A stretch of 52,510 nt of DNA, taken from NCBI GenBank assembly GCA_016196125.1, contig JACPYG010000006.1:1-52510 (forward strand), given 5' to 3'. The notes under the pieces are model-generated. The model searched no databases. It had not been told where the DNA came from and saw nothing but the letters and a program-made list of their open reading frames with translations. This document shows, one piece after another, positions 28,486 through 38,001 of this stretch. This stretch comes from Candidatus Staskawiczbacteria bacterium. GTDB lineage: Bacteria; Patescibacteriota; Minisyncoccia; Minisyncoccales; Staskawiczbacteraceae. Within the stretch, counting starts at the first letter, position 1, and every line of letters starts with the position of its first letter. Position numbers and translations under genes: made by a program.

Positions 28486-29385
28486 CTACACAGACTTTTT
28501 CTCGTCAAATTTATACCAGCTGACCAACAATGGGCTGGCGATAAAAATTGAAGAGTAAACCCCCGATGCTATGCCTATTATCAGGGCCAACGAAAAGTAT
28601 TTAAGGGTTTGTCCGCCAAAAAAGAATATTGAAAAAAGAACTAATAATGTGGTAAATACCGTGCTTATTGACCTGCCAAGCGTTTGATTCAAGCTCCAAT
28701 TTACTGTTTCTTCAAACCGGCCCATTCCCCTTCTTAAAATATTTTCTCTTATTCTGTCAAAAATAACTATTGTGTCGTGGACAGAAAAACCCAAAATAGT
28801 CAAAAGGGCTGCAATAATTGGAATTGTTATTTCTACATTATAAAATCTGCCCAAAACGGCAAAAACTCCCAGGGGAATTAAAATATCGTGGAAAAGAGCT
28901 ATCAGGGAAGCAATGCCGTATTTCCAGGAAGCAATTGGCCTGGAAACTTTTCTAAAGGCAAAAGCAATATAAAGAGTAATCGCAAGCAAAGCCAAAAATA
29001 TGGAAAGTATTGTTTTTTGCTTTAATTCCTGGCCGATGGAGGGACCTATATATTCAAAGCTTTTTTCCTCAACCTTTGATAATTCCGAAAGTTTTAAAAT
29101 AATCTGCTGATGCGCAGCTTCGTCAATTCCTTTAAATTTCAAAATTGCCCCTTTTTCTCCGGTAGGCTGAACTATAATTTCGCCCAAATTAAAGCTTAAA
29201 AGGGATTTTATAATTTCTTCGTTAGCAGGCCTTTTTTCCAAAAAATTAATTTCCATATTACTGCCTCCCGTAAATTCAATTCCAAATTTCAAACCAAAAA
29301 TCAAAAGGGCCAAAACAGACCCTATGATTAAAACGGCAAACAAAATGTAATAAATTATTGAATACTTTGTAAAATTAAAATTCAT
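28486..29385 (-). CDS. secF: Protein translocase subunit SecF
   Basis: GIEFTGG, GPSIG, DTIVIFDRIRE. Confidence 0.95.
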   Translation of the reverse strand: MNFNFTKYSIIYYILFAVLIIGSVLALLIFGLKFGIEFTGGSNMEINFLEKRPANEEIIKSLLSFNLGEIIVQPTGEKGAILKFKGIDEAAHQQIILKLSELSKVEEKSFEYIGPSIGQELKQKTILSIFLALLAITLYIAFAFRKVSRPIASWKYGIASLIALFHDILIPLGVFAVLGRFYNVEITIPIIAALLTILGFSVHDTIVIFDRIRENILRRGMGRFEETVNWSLNQTLGRSISTVFTTLLVLFSIFFFGGQTLKYFSLALIIGIASGVYSSIFIASPLLVSWYKFDEKKSV

Positions 29386-29389
29386 ATAA

Positions 29390-30811
29390 TTAGAGCAGCC
29401 ATTTAAATTTTTCTAATTTTGGCCCGACAAAAATTAGCAAAAGAATCCTTGTTATAAATATTGCCGAAAACATCGAAACCAAAATACCTACAGATAAAGT
29501 CAATGCGAATCCCTTGATAAAAGAAGTTGAAAAAATAAATAAAATAGCGCAAACAATCAGAGAATTAAAATTGCTGTCGCGAATCGACGGCCATGCCCTT
29601 TTAAAACCTTCCTCTGTGGCCAAAGAAAGCCCTTTGCCTTGTTTTATTTCTTCTTTCATTCTGGCAAAAATCAAAATATTTGCATCAACTGCCATGCCTA
29701 TGGACAAAATAAATCCTCCAATTCCAGCCAGGCTTAAGGTAACTGGAATAAATTTAAACAAAGAAAGAGTTACTGCAACATAAATTACCAAGGCAATAGA
29801 AGCCAAAACTCCCGGCAACCTATAAATTAATATCATAAATAAAACCACCGCTAAAAGGCCGTAAATGCCGGCTAAAAGCGACTTTTGCAAAGAAACTGTT
29901 CCCAAAGTTGGCCCTACCGTTTGCTGTGAAATCGGATTTCCTATTTTCACCGGCAGGGCTCCTGAATTAAGTCTTCTCGTAATTTCATTGGCTTTTTGAG
30001 TGCTCATATCTCCTGTAATTACTGCCCTACCGCCAGTTATCTTGTCTTGAACTATAGGAGCATACAGGTCTTGTGCATCAATTTTCCCGTCGCCAGAAGT
30101 ATCAACAATAGAAGCGCCATCTAAAAATATAGCTAATGGTTTTTGAATATTTTTTTCTGTAATTTGCTCAAATAATTTTTCTCCTTCTTTATTAAAAATA
30201 ATTTCAATTTGTGGCTTATAAGTTGTTTGGTCAAAAACAACATTTACTTTTGACAAATACTTTCCGGTTAATTCAGTAGGTTTAAAATAAGGATTTTGCA
30301 AAACCAACTGCCAATCTGTCACTTTTGATATGTCTTCATTTTTTTCCTGAACTTCTTGCACTTCTCTTATTTTATCTATAATCTGCTGGGTTTCCGCTTC
30401 CGTTCTTTGCTCTAAAAATTCAAGATAAGGCGTTTCTCCTATCATTCTTATTGCGTCTTGCACATTTGTTATCCCAGGCAACTCAACAATTAATCTATCT
30501 TGTCCCTGAATCTGTACCACTGGCTCTGTAACTCCAAAAAGATTAACTCTTCTTTCAATTACATCTCGCAATCCCTGCATAGCTCCCGACTTATCTGTAA
30601 CATTATTTAAATCTGCCTGATAAGCAAGATTAACGCCTCCCTGCAAATCCAAACCAAAAATAAATGATTTTGTCCAAAAATGAGGAATGCTTAAATTGAA
30701 TTTCTGGTTCAAAAAATCAGCCCCTTTATTAAAATAATCCGGGTAAGCAAAATTTCCTGCCAAAACAGCTAAAACAACAACTCCGATAAAAATTAAATAT
30801 TTTTGTTGCAT
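29390..30811 (-). CDS. secD: Protein translocase subunit SecD
   Basis: GLDLQGG, SGALP, GPTLG, GMAVDAN. Confidence 0.95.
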   Translation of the reverse strand: MQQKYLIFIGVVVLAVLAGNFAYPDYFNKGADFLNQKFNLSIPHFWTKSFIFGLDLQGGVNLAYQADLNNVTDKSGAMQGLRDVIERRVNLFGVTEPVVQIQGQDRLIVELPGITNVQDAIRMIGETPYLEFLEQRTEAETQQIIDKIREVQEVQEKNEDISKVTDWQLVLQNPYFKPTELTGKYLSKVNVVFDQTTYKPQIEIIFNKEGEKLFEQITEKNIQKPLAIFLDGASIVDTSGDGKIDAQDLYAPIVQDKITGGRAVITGDMSTQKANEITRRLNSGALPVKIGNPISQQTVGPTLGTVSLQKSLLAGIYGLLAVVLFMILIYRLPGVLASIALVIYVAVTLSLFKFIPVTLSLAGIGGFILSIGMAVDANILIFARMKEEIKQGKGLSLATEEGFKRAWPSIRDSNFNSLIVCAILFIFSTSFIKGFALTLSVGILVSMFSAIFITRILLLIFVGPKLEKFKWLL

Positions 30812-30926
30812 ATAGGATTAAAATTATCTCTCATTATATCTAATTATTATAAATAATCAAGATGTGGAAATGTGTAAAAAAAGAGGAGAGAAACATATCT
30901 CTCCTTTGAATAATGTTACTATGCTA

Positions 30927-31154
30927 TTATTTTACGTTTTTTTCTTGTTTCATTTTCTGAAACCTTTCTCTGTAGTAAGCAACTGGACCTCCTACAAACT
31001 GCGCAGAGGCAAGAATCATTGCTATAATAGCTGCGCAAACCACAAGGTATTCTTTTTGCACAAAATAGTACACAGTAGACATTATCATTGCCAGAAATAG
31101 AAATGAGCAAATCGTGACTTCAGTAATCAATTCTTTTTTTTCTTCTTTGTTCAT
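30927..31154 (-). CDS. Small two-TM orphan protein
   Basis: SD AAAGGAG; terminator AAAGGAGAGA/TCTCTCCTTT at ~30880-30907. Confidence 0.7.
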   Translation of the reverse strand: MNKEEKKELITEVTICSFLFLAMIMSTVYYFVQKEYLVVCAAIIAMILASAQFVGGPVAYYRERFQKMKQEKNVK

Positions 31155-31166
31155 GGCTTTCTCCTT

Positions 31167-31877
31167 TCAAGAGAAATAAGGACCAACTGATTTATCATTG
31201 TGCAATGACTTCTGAAAATTACCTAAAGCTTCTCCGCCGACGAACTCAACAAGATATACTATCGGAAAAATAACTTCATTCCAATTGTTTGGAAATGAAA
31301 TTATGATGATGAATAATGCAAGAGATATGCCAGCATAAATAGTAAAAATTTTAAAGTGCCACCTATCGTAATTCTGAAGAAAATTCATCAAGCAAGAAAC
31401 AAATTTTGGATAATCGGAGTAAAAAGTTTGATATAGTTTTTCTGTAATTTTCATTGCTCTTTTACGATATGTGCTTTCATAGATAAAAGACGCAAGAAAC
31501 TGGAGAAGTATCATGCTAAATACAAACTTATCTAAAGAAATTACTTTAGGGTTGATGAAAAATACCATAATACACTCAGTTATGCCCATTAAAAAGGGTG
31601 CAAAGGTATCACTCCAAGATATTATCCAAAGATATTGAACTTCATTGACATACCTATGCCAAACAACAAGAATCATAGCAAGAGCAACTGCCGAACACAA
31701 AGCCCACGCCAAACTAAATTCTTCTTTGGTTATGTAATCTCTTGCTTCATTTATCCAAAAAGCAAAAGCAATGCATTGGATGATGTTAAGTACTGTAACA
31801 TAAACACTCGCCTGATAAGGCAAAATCGTTTCCATTAGTTTAGTCAAAGGAATTTCTTCTCTTTTTTCGTCAACCAC
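31167..31877 (-). CDS. Multi-TM orphan protein
   Basis: About six TM segments, GTG start with GAAAGGGA. Confidence 0.75.
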   Translation of the reverse strand: MVDEKREEIPLTKLMETILPYQASVYVTVLNIIQCIAFAFWINEARDYITKEEFSLAWALCSAVALAMILVVWHRYVNEVQYLWIISWSDTFAPFLMGITECIMVFFINPKVISLDKFVFSMILLQFLASFIYESTYRKRAMKITEKLYQTFYSDYPKFVSCLMNFLQNYDRWHFKIFTIYAGISLALFIIIISFPNNWNEVIFPIVYLVEFVGGEALGNFQKSLHNDKSVGPYFS

Positions 31878-31970
31878 TTTTGTCCCTTTCTGGAAGTTAA
31901 AGTTTCAAAGAATTGACTTTATTATGTCATTTTATATAATTTAGTCAAGCTAAAATTTTTACATTATATT

Positions 31971-32462
31971 TCATAACTGCTCTAAAATTTTGAGTTCTAA
32001 TTTATCGGTTTCTGTGTCATAAACGGCAAAAGTCGGCTTAAAACGCTGGCCTGCAACTTCGCCGGGATTAACGAGCAAGCATTCTTTTATTTTTTCCTCA
32101 CCACCTTCGCTAAAGCTTCGGCGGTCAAGCCATGGCCTGTGTGTGTGGCCGTAAAAAACTATGTCATATTTTCCTGATTCAGCCATTTCTTTTGCTATTT
32201 TCGGATAATGAACAAATGCTATTTTTTTAACACCTGATTTAATTTCCATTTTTTCCGGAATATCATTCAAATCAAAATCTCCGTTTCCCCTGACAAATTT
32301 TATTTCTCCTTTGAAATTTTTCAGGGCTTCATTTATAGTTTCTTGGTTGCAAATATCTCCGCAATGCAAAATAACTTTTATTTTTTCGTGATTTAACCAA
32401 TTAATTACTTTTTTAAAATTGGCTAAATTATCGTGAGTATCTGATACAATTGCAAATTTCAT
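31971..32462 (-). CDS. YfcE-like metallophosphoesterase
   Basis: SDTHD, HCGD, GNGD, GHTH, NPG. Confidence 0.9.
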   Translation of the reverse strand: MKFAIVSDTHDNLANFKKVINWLNHEKIKVILHCGDICNQETINEALKNFKGEIKFVRGNGDFDLNDIPEKMEIKSGVKKIAFVHYPKIAKEMAESGKYDIVFYGHTHRPWLDRRSFSEGGEEKIKECLLVNPGEVAGQRFKPTFAVYDTETDKLELKILEQL

Positions 32463-32505
32463 TTTTTTTATTTAGCTATAGCGGAAACATCCTTTCCGCA
32501 TAAAC

Positions 32506-33252
32506 TTATCCGCCCTTTTTCCATTTATCCGAATTTATCAAAGGAGCGTAAATATCCTGATTTTTGCCTATTATTAAAGGGTCGGAACTCAATTTATTAA
32601 ATTGGCCAAATTTCACTAAATTTATATCTTCCACAATTGCAATTGGAGTTTGCTCTTTGCCTTCTCCCATAGCCAAAACTGCAGCCGCAGCAACAGAATC
32701 GGCTATATTAGTCTGTGATATTTTCATCTTCCTGCCAAATATGTCTTTTTTGCCGCGATAATCTCTTAAAGGATAAAAACCATAATAGCCAATGGCAATT
32801 CCCATAACTCCGTTTTTTAATGGGGTGCAATGGCTGTCAGAAATAATTATTCCAAATTTTCTTAATTTATAAGTTTTTTTTACAAATTGATATATTTGTT
32901 TTGCGGCAAAATTTGGATTATCAGGCCATAAAATATAGTGCCCTTTGGCATTGCTTTCATCAATACCAGATGTTGGAATTAAAATATTATTTTTGAGAGT
33001 CAGTATCACATAACCTTGCGGCACTTTATCTCTGTCAATATAAAAATCTGCTTCTTTTTTTATAAGGTCGTCTTTTCTTTTAACCGAATCCATTCTCACG
33101 CATCTGCCTTGCCAGATAGCCACTATTTTTGAAGTTATAACTATTATTGATTTATCTTTTAATTTTAAACCGTAAAAACTTTCTTTTATTAGAGAAAATA
33201 AATCATCTTTTGGAGGTAAAAATACTCTGCTTTTTATTGATTTTACTTTCAT
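32506..33252 (-). CDS. CofE-like gamma-glutamyl ligase (second paralog)
   Basis: TSKIV..QGR, GIDESN, DS...PL, D.FGR, MGEG.EQTP. Confidence 0.8.
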   Translation of the reverse strand: MKVKSIKSRVFLPPKDDLFSLIKESFYGLKLKDKSIIVITSKIVAIWQGRCVRMDSVKRKDDLIKKEADFYIDRDKVPQGYVILTLKNNILIPTSGIDESNAKGHYILWPDNPNFAAKQIYQFVKKTYKLRKFGIIISDSHCTPLKNGVMGIAIGYYGFYPLRDYRGKKDIFGRKMKISQTNIADSVAAAAVLAMGEGKEQTPIAIVEDINLVKFGQFNKLSSDPLIIGKNQDIYAPLINSDKWKKGG

Positions 33253-33254
33253 AG

Positions 33255-34154
33255 TCACTTTCCTGCTGCGCACTGGTTAAAAAAATTAACCTGATTATTG
33301 TATTGCGTAATAAGCAACCTGGATTCATCTGCAATCAATTGGTACTGCCTGACCAGCTCATTGTACTGGTCTGCTAAATTATTATATTGTTCGCCGCGAT
33401 GCTTTGTATTATTAAGTTCGTTGCGTTTTTCGTTAATTTGAAAAATCAAATTATTTAACTGGCTTTTATAAGAATCAATTTGGTTTTTTAAGCTATTCAT
33501 AGGTTTTGGGCAGGCAGAAAGCGGCAAACCAAATTCTTGCACTCCTATCCAAACTGTATTTCCTTCGTAGCTTCCTTTAATAATGGCAACTCCAATTTCG
33601 GTGTAACGACCATTTAAAATATTGGCCCTATGACCCGGGCTGTCCATCCACAATTGCACTAATTCTTTCTCATTTTCAAAATTGCCCAATATTAAATTTT
33701 CACCGGTAACTATATAGTCATATCCATAGCTTGAAACCAATTCGGCAGGGCTCATTCCAGAAGGAGAAACATGCTCAAAGTATTGTTTGAGAAACATATC
33801 CTCGGCTTTGGCCTTTGCCGCCGCATTTAGAGCGACGTTCTCAATAAGCGGAAGCAATCCGCCATTATCAAACCTTTGGATATTACTTTCTGCAATTATT
33901 TTTACTTTTGTTAAAACCGCCTGGTTCGCCTTGCCGCCTGCATTTAATGGAGGAGGAGTGAAAACTTCTTTACTTATTTCTGTTATTAAATTACCAATTT
34001 CTGTTTTTTGGAAATTCTGGAAATTATTATTAAAATTATCATAGATTTTTAAAATACTTGTCCTGAGAAAATTAGAAGGATTGTCTTTAAACCAAAATCC
34101 GGTTATAAGAACCAATAATATTACCGCTAAAATTATTATTTTAGATTTTGCCAT
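33255..34154 (-). CDS. CAP/SCP-domain protein with C-terminal coiled coil
   Basis: YFEH, GENL, WMDSPGHRANIL; start MAKSK. Confidence 0.88.
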   Translation of the reverse strand: MAKSKIIILAVILLVLITGFWFKDNPSNFLRTSILKIYDNFNNNFQNFQKTEIGNLITEISKEVFTPPPLNAGGKANQAVLTKVKIIAESNIQRFDNGGLLPLIENVALNAAAKAKAEDMFLKQYFEHVSPSGMSPAELVSSYGYDYIVTGENLILGNFENEKELVQLWMDSPGHRANILNGRYTEIGVAIIKGSYEGNTVWIGVQEFGLPLSACPKPMNSLKNQIDSYKSQLNNLIFQINEKRNELNNTKHRGEQYNNLADQYNELVRQYQLIADESRLLITQYNNQVNFFNQCAAGK

Positions 34155-36630
34155 GGCACTTTTTATATTTTTTGCCTGAACCGCAAGGACATGGGTCGTT
34201 TCTGCCAGCCTTCTCCTGCTGGCTTTGGATTGGCAAGCTAACTTCGTTTGGAATCTGATGATTTTGAGGCTGTAAACTGGCCTTAAAAACAGAATTGGCA
34301 ATACTCATATCAATGTCTTCCAGCAACCTCTGAAACATTTTACGGCCTTCGTTTTTATATTCAATTAACGGATCGTATCCTCCAAAAGCCCTTAATCTTA
34401 CCGAGTCTCTTAAGTGGTCCATATTTGAAAGATGGTCTTGCCAAAGAGTGTCTTGAACCTTCAAACTTACTGCTTTTTCCAACTGAAACATATTGTCCCT
34501 GCCAAGTTCTTCTTCTCTTTTATTATAATTCTCTTTTGTATAGCCTGCTAACTCCGCCATTTTTATGATTTGTAATTTTAGGTCTTCCGGTTGTATCTCT
34601 AATATTTCTTTCCTTTTTTTGTAAATAATTTCTCTGTGCTTATTCATTACATCGTCGTATTCTAAAAGATGGTGCCTGGCATCAAAATTGAATCCTTCAA
34701 TTTTTGATTGGGCAGATTCAATGGCTCCAGAAAGCATACGGGCTTCTATCGGCTCATCTTCCGGCACTTTTAAAACGGTCATCAAAGATTTCACTCTGTC
34801 TCCGCCAAAAATCCTCATTAAGTCATCTTCCAAAGAAACAAAAAACTGCGAAGAACCATGGTCTCCCTGCCTGCCAGCCCTTCCTCTCAATTGGTCGTCA
34901 ATTCTCCTTGCCTCGTGGCGCTCCGTTCCTAAAACATGGAGTCCGCCAAGTTTTTTAACTGCCTCTGCTTCTTTGATGCTCGATGGATTTCCGCCCAAAA
35001 TTATATCAACTCCGCGGCCTGCCATATTTGTGGCAATAGTAACAGAACCTCTTTTTCCTGCCTGCGCAATAATTTCTCCTTCTCTCTCATGATTTTTAGC
35101 ATTTAAAATTTGATGTGGAATGCCCTGCGTTTCCAGCATTTTTCCCAATAATTCATTTTTCTCAACAGACCTTGTTCCCACTAAAACCGGCTGTCCTTTT
35201 TTGTTCAACTCTTTTATTTCATTTACTGCCGCAATAAGCTTGCCATTTTCTGTTTTAAAAACCTTATCTGGATAATCCCGCCTTACCATGGGTTTATGGG
35301 TGGGAATTACGGCAACATCTAATTTATAAACCTTGTCTAATTCTTCTGCCGAAGTCAAAGCGGTTCCCGTCATACCGGATATTTTTTTATAAAGTCTGAA
35401 ATAATTTTGAAAAGTAATCGTGGCAAATGTAATGGATTCCGGCTGGATTTTGACTCCTTCCTTTGCCTCTATTGCCTGATGAAGCCCGGAAGACCAACGT
35501 CGTCCAGGCATAAGTCTGCCTGTAAATTCATCAATAATTATAATTTCACCGCTCTTTACCCCGTTAGAGGTTCGTTTTTCTTGTATATTCCCAGAGTTTC
35601 CCTGACCTCTAACGGGGCTTACCACATAATCCCTGTCTTTTAAAAACAAAACCTTGGCCCTCAAAGCTGATTCTAATTGATGCGTAACGGCAATATCGTT
35701 TTCCTGCCAGGGATCCTGGCCCAAACTTTTTACAACTTTATTCTGGCCCTCTTCCGTAAAAGTTGCTGTTTTCATTTTTTCATCTAAAATATAATCGTCT
35801 TTTTTATTTAGCGGAAGCACAACTTTGGCAAATTGATAATATTTCTCTGTTGCCTCTTCTCCGGCTCCTGAAATAATAAGAGGAACGCGCGCTTCATCAA
35901 TTAAAATTGAATCTACTTCGTCAACGATGGCAAAATTATACCCCCGCTGGACTTGATATTGCAAATCGTAAACCATATTGTCTCTTAAATAATCAAAGCC
36001 AAATTCATTGTTAGTGCCATAAGTGATGTCGGCATCGTATGCCTCTTTTTTTGTCGCAGGCCTTAAAAAATCTTGCACAACCTTAAAAGAACCAACTAAA
36101 TCCCGCTGTTGGTCTTTTTCAGTATTTATATATGAAGCGTCGTAAATGTATCCTGATTCATTTGTAATGCATCCGGTAGATAGCCCCAAAGCGCCATAAA
36201 TCTGGCCCATCCAAACCATATCTCTTTTGGCTAAATAATCGTTTACCGTAACAATATGGACCCCCTTTCCTTCTAAGGCGTTTAGATATGCCGGCAAAGT
36301 GGCAGATAAAGTCTTACCCTCGCCGGTTCTCATTTCGGCAATTTTGCCTTGATGTAAAACAATTCCTCCGATTAATTGCGAATCGAAATGGCGCTGGTTT
36401 AGAGTTCTTCTTGCCGCCTCTCTAACCAAAGCAAAAGCCTCGGGCAGAATATTGTCCAAACTTTCTTTTAGCGCCAATCTATTTTTAAAATCTTTTGTTT
36501 TTTCTTTTAACTGTTCAGCCGAAAGTTTTTCCAGTTTCGGCTCAAAAGAATTTATTTTTTCGATTATAGGCGCTAAACTTTTTATATATTTTTCATTAGG
36601 GTCTCCAAATATTTTAGTAAAAATTGACAT
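34141..36630 (-). CDS. secA: Preprotein translocase ATPase SecA
   Basis: MRTGEGKT, DEVDSILIDEAR, ATNMAGRG, GRNDPCPCGSGKKYKKC. Confidence 0.98.
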   Translation of the reverse strand: MSIFTKIFGDPNEKYIKSLAPIIEKINSFEPKLEKLSAEQLKEKTKDFKNRLALKESLDNILPEAFALVREAARRTLNQRHFDSQLIGGIVLHQGKIAEMRTGEGKTLSATLPAYLNALEGKGVHIVTVNDYLAKRDMVWMGQIYGALGLSTGCITNESGYIYDASYINTEKDQQRDLVGSFKVVQDFLRPATKKEAYDADITYGTNNEFGFDYLRDNMVYDLQYQVQRGYNFAIVDEVDSILIDEARVPLIISGAGEEATEKYYQFAKVVLPLNKKDDYILDEKMKTATFTEEGQNKVVKSLGQDPWQENDIAVTHQLESALRAKVLFLKDRDYVVSPVRGQGNSGNIQEKRTSNGVKSGEIIIIDEFTGRLMPGRRWSSGLHQAIEAKEGVKIQPESITFATITFQNYFRLYKKISGMTGTALTSAEELDKVYKLDVAVIPTHKPMVRRDYPDKVFKTENGKLIAAVNEIKELNKKGQPVLVGTRSVEKNELLGKMLETQGIPHQILNAKNHEREGEIIAQAGKRGSVTIATNMAGRGVDIILGGNPSSIKEAEAVKKLGGLHVLGTERHEARRIDDQLRGRAGRQGDHGSSQFFVSLEDDLMRIFGGDRVKSLMTVLKVPEDEPIEARMLSGAIESAQSKIEGFNFDARHHLLEYDDVMNKHREIIYKKRKEILEIQPEDLKLQIIKMAELAGYTKENYNKREEELGRDNMFQLEKAVSLKVQDTLWQDHLSNMDHLRDSVRLRAFGGYDPLIEYKNEGRKMFQRLLEDIDMSIANSVFKASLQPQNHQIPNEVSLPIQSQQEKAGRNDPCPCGSGKKYKKCHGKI
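35559..35617. repeat. Miniature inverted-repeat element inside secA
   Basis: 13-bp perfect IR CCCCGTTAGAGGT/ACCTCTAACGGGG. Confidence 0.85.
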
Positions 36631-36631
36631 A

Positions 36632-37006
36632 TTAATTTGATGCGACTTTTCTTTGCTTTCTTATCATTAACTCTGTTTTTTTAAGTTTGTATTTTTTAAT
36701 CTCCTGCTGCAATTCATTTTTAACTTGAACTATGGCCTGTTTTAAATCATTTTTTTCCGAAATTGCCACTAATGTTTTACCCGGCAAATGAACTCTTGCC
36801 TCCGCGCGAAATATATTTCCCTTTTTATGATGGTTTGTTTCCTTTCCAATTTCCACAAAAAAGTCTCTTGAGTCTTTTCCTTTTTTAAAACCATCTTTTC
36901 CTTGAAGAACCTGCGCAAACCTTTTGAGGCCTCCTATTTTTACCTCAACAAATTTTTGAATATTTTCTGTTAGTTCTAAATTTTTTGTTTTAATTATTAT
37001 TTTCAT
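36632..37006 (-). CDS. hpf: Ribosome hibernation factor HPF/RaiA
   Basis: S30AE-like pattern; upstream of secA. Confidence 0.85.
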   Translation of the reverse strand: MKIIIKTKNLELTENIQKFVEVKIGGLKRFAQVLQGKDGFKKGKDSRDFFVEIGKETNHHKKGNIFRAEARVHLPGKTLVAISEKNDLKQAIVQVKNELQQEIKKYKLKKTELMIRKQRKVASN

Positions 37007-37016
37007 ATTATTTATA

Positions 37017-37985
37017 TTAAAAACCTACAAATTGCACTTCCTGTTCTAATGCAATTCCGTATTTTTTTCTTACTCTTTGTTTTACCAAATCAATCAATTT
37101 TAAAACATCTCGAGAACTGGCTCCGCCTAAATTTATAATATAATTTGAGTGTTTTTCTGAAATCTGCGCCTTGCCTATTTTTTTGCCCACCAAACCAGCT
37201 CCAATAACAAACCAAGCGGAAGGCACAATCGGGAAAGGATCTTTTTTTACTTTATCTAAAAAAATTTTTTGGAATTTTAAGGGAATTTCTTTAAAATCCA
37301 CATTCTTGAATATACTGCCTGCATTTGGATATTCTAAAGGATGTCTTTCTCTTCTGTAATTGATATGAGATTTGGAAATTTCTTGAATTTTTTTCTTTTC
37401 CCCTTTTTTAAGTTTTATTGATGCAGATAAAACAACCCAATTTTGCTTCTTAAAAACTGAAGACCTATAAGAAAACTTGCACTGCGCATTAGATAATTTT
37501 CTTACATTCAAATTATTATCCAATGCTCTTACATTTAGAACAGAATCCTTGACTTCTCCGCCAAATGCGCCGGCGTTTCCCCTAACGGCGCCCCCAAAGG
37601 TTCCAGGCAATCCTCCTGCCCATTCAAGCCCTTGTAAAGATTTTTCAATTGAAAAATCAACTAATTTTCCAAAAACTATTCCGCCAGGAGCTTTAATAAT
37701 GTTATTTTTCATTAAAACCATAGGTTCTTTTATATTATTTTTGACAACTAATCCCTTAATTAACTTATCTGAAACCAATAAATTACTGCCCCCGCCCATA
37801 ACGAAAATTGGAATTTTCAATCTTTTGGCAATTTTTATTGCCCGTATAATTTCTTTTTCCTTGGTAGTTATTAAAAAATATTCGGCAGGACCGCCGATTT
37901 TAAAAGTAGTGTATTCACTAAGTAAAATATCTTTCTTTATATCAGGCAATTCTTTCTTTAATTTATCAAAAATACCTTCTCTCAT
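37017..37985 (-). CDS. murB: UDP-N-acetylenolpyruvoylglucosamine reductase
   Basis: GGGSNLL, PGT.GGA..GNAGA, FSYRSS, AGSIFKN. Confidence 0.95.
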   Translation of the reverse strand: MREGIFDKLKKELPDIKKDILLSEYTTFKIGGPAEYFLITTKEKEIIRAIKIAKRLKIPIFVMGGGSNLLVSDKLIKGLVVKNNIKEPMVLMKNNIIKAPGGIVFGKLVDFSIEKSLQGLEWAGGLPGTFGGAVRGNAGAFGGEVKDSVLNVRALDNNLNVRKLSNAQCKFSYRSSVFKKQNWVVLSASIKLKKGEKKKIQEISKSHINYRRERHPLEYPNAGSIFKNVDFKEIPLKFQKIFLDKVKKDPFPIVPSAWFVIGAGLVGKKIGKAQISEKHSNYIINLGGASSRDVLKLIDLVKQRVRKKYGIALEQEVQFVGF

Positions 37986-38001
37986 TTAAATTTTAGAACT
38001 T

